Source: Lingula anatina
Taxonomy: Eukaryota; Animalia; Brachiopoda
Direction: 5' to 3'
DNA length: 64,000 nucleotides
Assembly: GCA_051362555.1 (NCBI GenBank)
Contig: CM120640.1
Span: 52,802,788-52,866,787, forward strand
Notes under the pieces: generated by a model
What the model was told of the DNA's origin: nothing
The model's database searches: none
Seen by the model: only the letters and a program-made list of their open reading frames with translations
Program-made: the position numbers and the translations under genes
Shown: positions 52,390-64,000 of the stretch, in pieces
Position numbering within the stretch: position 1 is the first letter of the stretch
Layout of the letters: each line of letters begins with the position of its first letter

Positions 52390-53085
52390 TAGTTTCACTA
52401 CCAATACTCCTGTGAACAAAAAGAATAGTAACCACTTACATAAAAGCCCAAAAAATTGACAGAAAATGTACTTACAATACCTGAATTGATAACAAATAAA
52501 TGAATGTACGTGTGTTTCTTACTTTTTCCCGTTTTTGGTAGGAGCATTCTTATTGGTTATGCAAAACACGTGTTTGGTGTATTGACAGTCATCAAGGGAC
52601 TGTGCCAATTAACAGAAATAATTCTGACCAAATCTGTTTACAGAGATCCTAAAAATTTTGATTCTCCCCCGTTTGTAGAGAAACAGCTCTGCCTTCTGTG
52701 CTAGTAAATAAAAGTGCAGAAGAAATGAATATTTTAGTATTTTTTACAACAAAAAAAAAAAAAAATGCCACTTCCCGGCGAGAGCTGGTAGTTCTTTAGT
52801 TAAAGTTTACCATTCACTTAAATTCAAGTAATAAACTATGTACATGTACGATCATGAACAATTTCTTAAATTTGGGACAGTCCCTTGATGAATGACAGTA
52901 CACTTATCACGTGTTTTGCATAACCAATAAGAAATCTCCTAACAAACACGACCTTCTGATCCCAGAATTTCTTTTTCATTAGTTATTATTTGAGGCATCG
53001 AAAGCGCATTTTCTGCTGTTTTTTCCTAGCTTTTTGCAAATGATTACTTTTCTTTTTTGTACAACGTTCTGCAGGTAATTAAACT
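52390..53085. repeat. Imperfect ~700-bp inverted repeat whose right arm is the region immediately upstream of the second INK4 ATG
   Basis: TAGGAGCATTCTTATTGGTTATGCAAAACACGTG...TCATCAAGGGACTGTGCCAA (52539-52610) is the reverse complement of TTGGGACAGTCCCTTGATGA...CACGTGTTTTGCATAACCAATAAGAAATCTCCTA (52872-52941). Weaker pairing extends outward (52410-52500 vs 52965-53065) and inward (CAGCTCTGCC vs GGCGAGAGCTG). Confidence 0.75.
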
Positions 53086-56000
53086 ATGGCAGAAAATGAA
53101 AGAATCGAAATACTAACCACTGCTGCAGCGAAAGGCGATGTCAACAAACTGCAAAATTTAATTGAAGCGAGGAATGTCGACATTAATGGAGAAAATCAGT
53201 TTAAAAGAACTGCCATTCAGGTAAGCATTTCGTTCTTTGTTTATTTCGAAAATATTCTTTAAATCATCTAAAAAGCGTTTTTTTTTCCTTTTCTAAAATT
53301 CACGACCAAACTACTTCAACATTTTAACGTTTTAATTCTACTTCAACATTTAAACATTTTAATTATATCTTTATATTTTTTTATTATTTCACTTTTAAAG
53401 TATGACGATATGCCTTTAGTATGAACTGTATTTAATATGAGTCCATCTCCTCAGTTGATATTTACCATCAAATCAAGAGTGTGAACAAAAGTTGGAGTCA
53501 AATAATATGAGTTTAAATCCGTACATTTCTAAAAATATTGATAATAAAGCCAATCATATTTTTTTGGGTTACATAATCATCATAATCATCATTATTACAA
53601 AAGAAAAGATGAAATAATCATTTGTAGAAATTATAAGTCATCAGCGGAGAATAAAACAAAAGTTTGTAAACAACATACATGTATATATCATTGGTATCAT
53701 TTCTGTAAAATTTCAAAAAAGTTCTATTCTCTGAATCATACCTATATAAAATATTAAATTCAAACTCCCTCTGGCAAATGTCTCCTTTATATTTAATTTT
53801 ATCAATACCTGTGGCAGATTTAGGGGGATGTCTGACTCCCCCTTCGATTTCTGACAAAAAAAAAAAAAAAAAAAACAAAAAAAAAAAAAAAAAAAAAAAC
53901 AGTGGTCCCCTCTTGAAATTAGAACTTTGACTAGCTGAATCATAGTTCTAAACCGTATCAAAAGGCTCCGTTCGCCCTCTTAAATACCAAAATATTTTCG
54001 GGCGAACCGAACCCCACGCTAAGGAGGGGGGAGGTGGGGCGAGGATCGGCTTCGTACCCGCGGCCTGTCAATCCTAAAAACGGACTCCCCCCTTCAAATA
54101 ATCCTGGATCCGCCACTGAGTACGGTGTATTTTTTCTACAAAGCTGTTTTGTCATGGTCTACATGTATACTTATAAGCAAGCACGCTGTAATTTGTTTCA
54201 TCTTTTTCAGTTTTATTTCCATAAACAAAGTGAATAGATTATTTCACAGGTCGTTGTGTCTCAGATCGATGTGTTGTGTTTTAAGACATGGCTAAACCAA
54301 TTCCTTACCTCTTATTTACAATTTCTGTCCATATTAAATGGAAATATTTTCTCTATGTTGCATTTAAGGTCAAGAAGGAGCAATGGTTATTAATAACAAA
54401 ACGGAGGGGAAATTTTATAAAAAATGTGGACAAAACTCATTCTAAGGGGGTTTGAGGGAAACATTTTCATTTCCATGTTGTAGGCCTATTTACAACAATT
54501 GCACATCTTTTTTGTTAGAAATCCAAGTAAAGCTTATAACAGGCCTTTATTATATAGTCATAGTCATCACCTATCTTTATACAATTATACATGCAATTAA
54601 AAAATTAAGCTAATTGAATATTAGAGTGACAACATATACCAATTGTATTTTGCCTGTCAAAAGTGTATACGTACCTTTGCAGCAGTACTAAGGTAACCTG
54701 GTATCCATATGTATGTTTACGAGGGATGTAAGTTCGATTCCTCTCAACTGTCAAATGTATTATTCCTTTCGTTTTCAGTCCTTTTTAATTAGTATCATAC
54801 TTACGACAAAGACTGGAAGGCCCATTGGTTTTTATATATTCAGTAAGTCCATTGAAAATCGTATGTTTACATCAATGTAACCGCCACATATCCTAACGGT
54901 CAAATGTTGCTTGGAAATTCATTCCTCCTCTTTGATCTACACGCTTCTCTCAAGTAAATCACAAACCGATATGCTACCATTAGGCTCTCTAAATTTAAAC
55001 TGATATCAATATAATTACAAGTTTCTGTTAATGTCATACTGCTGTCAGACTGGTGCTTGTTCATGTAGCAGTCTGTAGCAAAATTTTAAATAAATGCCGC
55101 CAGAGGGCATAAACATTAGTTTTGGTTGGGAAATCCCCTTTCCCAGGCTATAAATATGGTATTCCAACTACTATGTATCAAGAAAATATTTTATTCTGAT
55201 ATGCATTTTTTTATAAGTACAAAGGGTCTAAAATCATATTTCAGTTTATTCTAAGAACCAGTGCAAAGAAGCCAGTCCATTGGTACTTGTCACTTTAACA
55301 TACACCACATGCGAAGCCGTGTTATAACAGAAAAAGGAACGAAAAAGAAAGATTCAAATATGCATTCATGTCACTATTTTACAGTCTTGTCATATTACAA
55401 ATCATGTATCACGTATCATTTTAATATAAAGCTTCAACTTTTTGCGAATCAACCGCTACAAACAGTCGGCCATTTTACCTTATCAATATGCAAACGGAAG
55501 AACAGGGCCATCTCAGTCACCTGCCGGATGTCGTTGTTAACAAACGCATTGTAAACATATGTTTTAAAAGATAAAGGCATGTTTATTGATGGGCTTAGAT
55601 AAATCAATTCCAACACTTATAAAAGTGCCAGTAATATAGAGAAGTAAAATACAAGTTCTGTCCGATTTTTGTGACTGCATATTGAAAATAGAACAGCACT
55701 ATTGAGAGCGTCCCATTGCCCGTCACAGGTCTAGATGTCTCTTCAAATATCTGACTGTTGCAAGCAGTTAAAACCGCAACGACCTTGTAAAGAATGTCAC
55801 CATTCTTAACATTCTTACTGACAATGTTACTGATTACATGGCGTTTGTCCAATTACCGTTGGATTTTCTACATTTCTTTGTGGTTGGCAGTGTTGATCCG
55901 CTCAAGTTATCTACATTGAACACGATGTGCATGTGGCTTCAACGCTCTCACTGGTTACAAACCAAAACAAGCTGACTTAAATAAAGTGATTTGATCTCAC

Positions 56001-56319
56001 CATGAAAATATGCTGTTAAATTAAAATATGATCTTCATACAGCATTAAAACATGTATCTGCCTCCGGAACCAATGTTGCGCATGTGCTACATTTATAAAT
56101 CATGACTCATTCATGGGTTTTCTAAGTTTTAATATTTGCTCTATCAGTCATGGCCGTGCATGCTGATTGTATCGAATTAGTATAGGCCTAAAGTGATGCT
56201 TTAAGTAAAAACTCAATATATTATTATTGTTATACATTATCGATTCGGATGGAATTTGCATGTAAATGATGTACATGTTGGCCTGGAATTCAGTGCTCCT
56301 TATTTTATTTTATTTTATT

Positions 56320-56354
<35 letters not shown>

Positions 56355-57372
56355 TTATTATTATTATTATTTATTTATTTTATTATTATTATTTTTTTTT
56401 TGTAGGAGCTGAGCACAATGATTTCTTTTTCGTAAAACTTACACGTTTCTCGACAATATGGTAAACTTCCGGATTTATATCACTTATATACGTGGAGTTT
56501 TGTCTTTCGCATAAAGGATGTTAAATTAATATTTAAAAAAGAAACAGCAATGATATAAGAAAAAAAAACAATATACAATAGTTGGCCTCTTTGCAGCCCC
56601 ACAAATGAAAATATGTGCACCATTTGTTTGAATATTTATTATTAATGCTGCAACATTACGTAATTTTTATTACTCAACGTCATTTAATGCTATACAATAA
56701 CTTTACACCATTCCTGAACTAGAAGGACCTTTCAATAAAAGCGGCCACCGGGCACCGATCAAATTTCGAACACCATACTTGTGTTTGTCCTTTACCTATG
56801 CTCTCGTCTGGGTTAATGAGGAGATAAAATACATGTATTTCGTTGAGAGATTTCGGCCTGTAAATGCACCAAAAACGTTACCCCGAATAAGAATTCTGCC
56901 TGACATATCAAAGATATGATAGGGTCAATCGTTGATGCAAGGTCTATAAAATACTACCGTGATACTGGAGAACAATTGGGTTGCTGTCTTTTATGCTTAA
57001 GTAATGAAAAAGAACTGATCGTTGCAATGAATGCATCTAAGATTTTTCTAACTACTGCTACCATTATTACTACTACTATCATTATTATTTATAATTATTA
57101 TTTCTTTTATGAAGGTGTGCAACAAGAGCAACAATAAACTAGTGCAATATCTGTTAGAAAGAGGAGCAGATCCAAATAAGCCGGACCCAGCCACAGGGAC
57201 TACCCCCGCCCATGATGCTGCCAGAGACGGCTGGTTAGAGTCCTTCAAAATTCTTGTCCAATATGGCGCTGATCTCACCATCAAAGATAACTATGGAAAT
57301 ACTCCCGAAGATTACGCCATTAAATGCCAGCGTCTTGACATACTGAATTATTTGTCCGAACCAAATAATTGA
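53086..57372 (+). CDS. CDKN2A/B-like: Second INK4/CDKN2-family gene, p15/p16-like (4 ankyrin repeats, 130 aa). Exons 53086-53220 and 57115-57372
   Basis: MAENERIEILTTAAAKGDVNKLQNLIEARNVDINGENQFKRTAIQ|VCNKSNNKLVQYLLERGADPNKPDPATGTTPAHDAARDGWLESFKILVQYGADLTIKDNYGNTPEDYA. DPAT..P.HDAAR.G.L is characteristic of p15/p16. Donor CAG|GTAAGC, phase 0. Confidence 0.9.
53809..54118. mobile_element. Related CAGTGGCGGAT-type MITE in the intron of the second INK4 gene
   Basis: CTGTGGCAGATTTAGGGGG ... CCTGGATCCGCCACTG; GC-rich interior in an AT-rich intron; no clear TSD. Confidence 0.6.
56300..56401. repeat. (TTTTA/TTTA/TTA)n low-complexity tract
   Basis: Read directly from the sequence. Other simple repeats: (AAT)n ~790-818, poly(A) 22491-22522, (GT)n ~26425-26448 and ~57932-57971, poly(T) 49957-49999 and at the window end. 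Confidence 0.9.
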
Positions 57373-60300
57373 TTCTTTTTAAATTATCATTTGGGAATAT
57401 TGATTATATTTGAGCTATGTCTTTTGATCCTACTTACATAAAATCTAGTTTACTTAACTTTTAAGTTTAAAAATATTCACGTCATGGACTTTTTCTTATC
57501 AACATCGTTTTGTTTGAATCACTTTGACGCGAACACAAGCTTGGCTATCAGCCTATCATTCTAGAAAAACAACTGTATTGTATAATTTAAAATGGGCGAA
57601 TAAATAATTTCATTTTCATAATAAGAAAATAGTTTCTTGTCAGAAATTCTACTAGACATGGCCACATTTTATGTCTGTTTTCTTTGCCTGCTTTTTTTTC
57701 AATAATGCATTTGTACGAGTCAGCACCCCTTTTGTCAAGAGTCATGGTAAGTATGATGCCATGGATAAGGCATTTGCAAGTTATCCAATGAGATATAACA
57801 AATATCGTACGAGTCTTTATCTAAAACACAGCCAATGAATGCGGAATTCACAACAATAGCAATGTTTTTACATCACGATCTTGATGATAGCTCATTAATG
57901 TGAGGGCTGATATATGTTCATCAGCGCTGACGTGTGTGTGTGTTTGTGTGTGTGTGTGTGTATGTGCGTGTGAGAAGGAAGACGTGGGTTCGACCCGTCC
58001 AAGACATACCAGCCGTTCTTAAACGACATTTGATGTCTCCCCGCTTGGCATTCTGCACTTAAGGGCTGGCGCAGGTTAAAGTATCTGGTCTGTCAGTGAA
58101 AAATACAGTACCTACTATACCTTTTACTAAAACTAGATTATTAGATAAAGAAACCGCCATTTCTAACGTTTCTTTAAGCAAAAATGGTTCAAAGGTTTGT
58201 CTTTTAATTATAAATTCCATTACAACGAGTAATAAGGCCGTGTACCGGAATGACGAAGGACTACATAATTCTTCTAATCCCAACATAAATTGCGAGGCTA
58301 TTCGAGTCGAGCACGAAGGTATTGAACAAAGTAATGAGAACCACAACAAAGACAGAGATGATCACCACTGTTAACTGGAGTAAGCGATTATGTTAATATC
58401 TTAAGCTAATGGCGACCATAGGTGATTGGCGAATCTCGATATTAAAAAACGTGAACATTTTCACGGAAATCTCATTTACATGCACATTCAAGTATGCACT
58501 GAGAATAACTTTGCTCAATTCAAATTATGAATTCGTTCTTTATCATTTTACGACAAGTGGATATCAAATAGCGATTTTTTTTGGGGGGGGAGGGGCATTC
58601 ACATTTTACCTTTTCTTCTGGCTTGCTTGTAAAATCACATAGGCTCAATGACACATTTTACATTGCAGCATGCGGGATTTAAAAACTATAATAGTCTAAA
58701 TGTTATGCCGCTTGCCAAACGCAATATAACACATAGCAAGTAAGCACTGTTTCCTTTTCTACAAGTGTTTAGTGGCAAAATTATGTGTACGTACTCGCAG
58801 AAAAAAACTATAACAATTTGATAACTTTCATTCTGTTAAGGTGTTTCGGGTAAAATTCATAAAATGTAGAAATTATTCTCTGAGGTTCAGGGTATATGCA
58901 TATTACCATTAAGGCTTAGAATGAATAGCACTAAACTCCATTAGGTATCGTTCTTGGAATTATTTCACAATTAATTATCGATCATGGCTAGGTTTTCTGT
59001 GAAAGGGTCATTGGAAACATTGTACATGGCTTCAGCTATATGTGTAGTATTTCTGCAGAAAAATTGTTACTCTGTCACAGGGACTACCGTAGGACATACA
59101 GTTTAATTTGTATCACAACATTTTTTTTTCTTTTAAAGCCATTAGGAGTGCTGAGAAGAAATGCAGAAATTGATGTATGATTTTTATGTCGTTGTATTTC
59201 ATTTGAACTGTAAGATAGAACTGTAATCTATTAGGTATAATTCCAAATATAACAGAAGCTTAGCGTTGTTTCCAAGAAAAATAGGACACGTACGGCAGGT
59301 GTAATAGGTGGTATTATGTATTTTTATAGATGCCCTAAACAGATAAGAAATCAATACACGCATGCCTAAAGCTATATATATAAGCAGTCATTCTCGGAAA
59401 GTGCTGATGTTCGCTTAAGGCGAAGAATGCATTTAGAAATCCTGTCTTAAATGTTTAGCAAGGTTACCGCAACAATTCACATCTGATTAGTCGTCCTTTA
59501 TTCATTGGTTGTCATTGATAAGATTATGCCCAGGTATCAATTCAGTCATTCTTAACTAAATCAAAAACAGCGTACCAGTATGTAAAACAAGAAGAACATA
59601 CTTCAGAGGATCCCCTCGAGCGAATAGGCCAAGAAATCCTGAGCAATTAAGGCCAACCTTTGCACATGTACATCATTTACATGTTTTACCTTCATGCCCA
59701 ATGCGAAATACGAAGTATGGACAGGATGGCGGTTTACAACATTTTATTATGAAAGAGCTCTAGATAAATGTTTTTTTAAAACTAAGTTATAAAGATGTCT
59801 TTCGTACAACATGGTTAGAACCAAAAAGTAATTTGAGATAGTGAAATTGGAAGTGAATAAAGGAAAACTTCTAAGTGTGAACTAGTTTTGAAAATGACAC
59901 TAATCATACCTTATAAAATATAAAATATGCAGCTTAAAACATACATACATACAAAAACGCCCCCACTCTAATAAACTATATTCATGGGACCAAATGTCAC
60001 AGATTGTGCTTGAAATATAAATTTATATCACTGATTTCATTAAGGGAGATACAGCTATCGAATAACTTTAAAAGGTTTTGCTAACACCACACGGCTGTCG
60101 TTTCCTGTGACGAAAAGTGTAATTCATTTCGTATACGAGTTAAAGCCATTTGGCTCACACACAAAACAGAGACGTCATGTACAGTAATGATTTGAGAGGT
60201 ATCTTTATCCCTGATGCAAAATTTCGCCACTTTAAACAAGTATTGTGACTGGTATAAGATGGTCTATCGTTTGATGGGTTGTAAATCTCCGGTTTTCATT

Positions 60301-63300
60301 GATTGTGCCGAATCTGATACTTTTCTCCTACGCATCTGAATTGTCAAGATAAGTACTTGAAGGCACGGATCGTTTTGTTTCTCATGTTCTTTGACCAACA
60401 TTTGGCATGTTTTCTAGCTTTCACAAGTTGTCTTAGGATCGAATTGATTACTTTTGAGCATCATAATTAACATTTTGTCCCAAAAGCTAAGAAAAGCTCG
60501 CTGACGATGTAGTATTTTTTTAAAGAAAGAAGATAACAACTGTTGAGTTGAGTAATTTTACTCAGTTTAATGACGAGATAATTGAAGAAAATAACCAAAA
60601 GCGATACCAAAGTATCTAAGTAAACTCCATTTAAATGAATATGAGATGAAAATGAGCATGCCTGATTTCTTATCTAAAATCCTTAGTACAAGAAAATACT
60701 GAACAGAACTTCTTCAGAAAAAAATTAGCCGAAAGATAGCAGATGAAAAAAATGACCAGAAAAATTTTATATGTGTTCAAAAATAAGCAAAATGACCAAA
60801 GAAAACTGCTGAAAAAGTGACGTTGGAGACAGAGAGGGTTCGAAAACCAAAGATAAACGGAATAGGCTAAAGAATAGTTAAAAAGAAAAGGTAGAAATAA
60901 GGGATGATGGACGTGTGGGCACGAATCGTAATAATGCCGTTTATGCACTAGGTGACACAGAATAAGCGTAGGTTTAAAAGAAAGAAAAGAAAACTATAAA
61001 CGAACGCAATAAGAGCAAAATACATGTAAATGTAACTGCATCATGGGGGTATATAATTACTGGTGAAATCATACATGTTGAACTTATGCTTTAATGTCTT
61101 GAAATTGTTGTTTAATGCAACCATAACCTATGATCTGATATTTAATGTGCGTGTTTATAGTTAGTGAGAAGCAAAAAAGAGAAACCTGAGGATACTGTTT
61201 CGCAACAGGGCGGAAGAAAACGAGTGTGTACATGTATTCACAAAAAAGAACTTAAAAAACTAACAGTCTGCTAAATGGAAAGTAAAACAAAACGATGAAG
61301 GGCAGTTATTTCACAATAGTGCCAGTTTACGTATAGTGATCTCTGTGTCTGCATAGACTGCAATGTTGACTGTAATGTATGTGTACAAGTGCTGTTTCAT
61401 TCTGTCTCCTTCCTAACTGTCCTAATAATTTCACACATTCCAGAATTTTTAGGACCTAGCGAGCTCTCTACTTTTAATTTCTCTGTGCTTGTTGACCACA
61501 TTTAAACCGTTTTAAAACACGCGCTTCCTTAATGAGTAATGGTGTATCATTTAAGTCGGACCTGACTGAGGACTACGCCGCTCTAAATAAAAAGCAATAT
61601 ACGATCACAGCATATGACTGCTAAAAAGATAATTGACAGAGCAACTTGACGCATATGATCAACCAACTAGCTTCTTTTAGAAGCCCATAAGTTCACATCG
61701 CTTCCGTCTCCAAATTCAGATCAAATTTCAAATATTTAATCACAGTTAAGATCAATACGTCTCATCATGGAATATATTGAGCGTGAACCACTCCTTTGTA
61801 AATGTACACTGTGTGCGCCCCATCTGTCATCCATACTCCATTGCTGTTGCGGAGACACACCTCGTTGCACTTGTGAAGCAAAACATTCCGAGCGCTGGTA
61901 TTCCTGGCTTACGAACAGCACTTTTTTTACTAAACAAACCACCAAAAATGATTTCTTTTAAGAATTTACATGTTATACACTGATTAAGGGTTACAACATG
62001 GAATATACAATTTTAGGCATCAAAACTGTGACAAAGTTAATGCAGTAAAGGGCCAGACGACACCGCACGTTGAGCTGTGATTGATCGTCTGCAAACAAAT
62101 TGCGGAGGTGGACAGAAGGGCAGTTGACAATCGGTTTTATCACTCCCCTTTAAGTAAATGCAAGAGACTGGATTAAACGCTTGACCACAGGATTCTTTCT
62201 AAGTAATACTAGAAAGGAATTCTAGGCAATTTCCTGTCACAATCAAAGACTTTTGCGGTCAATTTAACACCGCTGTGTTCTCTCGTTATCGCCCTCTTGT
62301 TTTATCTAGCCTTGTTTTACAGCGAAAAGAGCTTTTTGTCTCAGCTATATGCTATCATAGTCTATATCAAGTAAATGCAGTGATACAAGGTCTGGTGTAC
62401 ATTTACAATGGGCAACGTGGTGCAGTCCCAATATGATCCAGGTTCGTAAAACTCAATATGATCTCAAACAGAAAACAAGTTGATTGCTTTGCCTCGTGCC
62501 ATGAGTAAGGAAGTAAGAAAGAGATATCCTAGGACTTTGATAAACAGTAATAGGTAAGAAGTAAACAATTCATAAATTTCTCTTCATTAAACTTCTTTTT
62601 GTAAACACATAATTAAATCAGTTCAGTAATTACCCTTTGTAGAATTCCACTTAATTGCAAGCTATTCATTCTAATACTGCACACCTGGAGCTTCAGTAGC
62701 GAAATATGCTTCGAACTAGTGTAAACATGTCCTTGGGGAACTCTGGCGCTAATTAGGAATTAATGCTAACTAAACATTAGGATCACGTGTAATAATCCCG
62801 GTGCGTCGAGAGTGCGGAGGAGTGAATGATTTTAGGAATTCCGAGGACTTTAAACGTCTCAGCTATTCCTCGAAAAAAAAAGCTCCCAGACAGCTAGAAA
62901 TATACTACTAGAATTATTTAACCAAAAAAGAAGATATTAACTTGATGACGTGTAGAAGGCGCAGAGTATAAATATTTCTTATATCTAACCCACAGTGCAA
63001 CTTTCAGAAGGTACATTGTAACAGTTCGTATTCACCGATTGATGGACTTCTTGTTTGTTCGGTCATTACAAACATCTTGGGGAAAGTGTTTAGAGGAGCG
63101 AAAAGGGATTGTCAGGTAAGAAACCTTTTGCAATGAATACGCAAGTAAAAGCTTTTGTATATCACTTACACTGTGTGAATGTCGCTATTACCGAAGAATG
63201 GATCTTCAAGGACCCCAGCTTGCACTCGGACCGAATTGTTTTGGTGGTTTTTACACACCTCACTACCGTGCGGAAAACATCGGTTAGAATTGTGTGCCCT

Positions 63301-63969
63301 GTTTTCAGCAAAAACAAAAATATTTTATGTACAATAGGTTTGACGTGGAAGGATGAGCGGCACGTGTAGGTTGGACAAAAATACATCTTTAGGTATTTAT
63401 TGCTCTTACGTTTCCACATCTGCATAACTATTGTTTTTCCTGGTTGCTGAAGTGGGAAGGTGCCTTGTTTTTGTGTTTTTGACACCCTCTGTGTAGAAGG
63501 CGCAATTTCGAATGTTTTTAAAGTACCAAGAAGAAACAGTTACTTTAAATTAAAGTGGTAAGCATTAGTAATCCCCATCATGGTATATATACACAAATAT
63601 AACGCACAACTTGACAGGATAAATTATACTCAACCTTGGGATTCGATAAAGAATTTCGTAACAGCTGATCGATTTGACTTAGGAACTGTATTAAGCAGAC
63701 TGGTCTCGGGTCCAAGACCTATACACAAAACAAGGTATGTTTTATGCAGTTCCAACTCCTGACAACACTTAGTGAAATGTAAGCTTATTTTGGTACGTGC
63801 TATCGCATATTAATCGTTTATATTGAAAAGTAAAATATAATGATAGATAAAGATTCAATTACACTTATCCCTCCCTGTTTTCTTTTCAAAATAGCCAAAT
63901 TATGTGGTCGAATGGTAATTAAAAATTGCGCACGATCAATGATTTTGATTCTAAAAAGAAAATTACTTT

Positions 63970-64000
<31 letters not shown>

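Noticed and set aside
57115-57372. ARF-like alternative reading frame over INK4 exon 2
   Set aside because: Both alternative plus-strand frames stop within ~30 nt of the acceptor (TAA at 57135-57137; TAG shortly after), so there is no p14ARF-style overlap.
58059-58410. Overlapping 92-96 aa ORFs with TTAA sites near both ends
   Set aside because: No recognisable domain and no matching TIR pair found; possibly a transposon fragment, but not supportable.

Overview
AT-rich (about 35-37% GC by eye) eukaryotic DNA with spliceosomal introns, most likely from an invertebrate animal; the species cannot be fixed from sequence alone. Left to right it contains six gene models, assembled by hand from splice signals and reading phase: (1) the first two coding exons of a laminin alpha-1/2-type chain (minus strand, ~10.8 kb first intron); (2) a divergent two-exon gene for a ~1330 aa disordered protein carrying three Dapper/Dact-like motifs in the Dact order; (3) a 7-exon SAM-dependent methyltransferase with one GC-AG intron; (4) a complete FAF1 (minus strand); (5) head-to-head with FAF1, an INK4/CDKN2-type ankyrin gene with an extra exon encoding a SOCS box; (6) a second, p15/p16-like INK4 gene whose upstream region is one arm of a ~700 bp imperfect palindrome. 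Several MITE families with recognisable TIRs/TSDs, microsatellites and possible LINE 3' remnants are present. No rRNA, tRNA or CRISPR was seen. The strongest candidate for a new system is the FAF1 / INK4-SOCS-box / INK4 cluster, a possible CDK4/6-targeting Cullin5 adaptor co-regulated with a p97 cofactor. The second is the expanded Dact-like protein.
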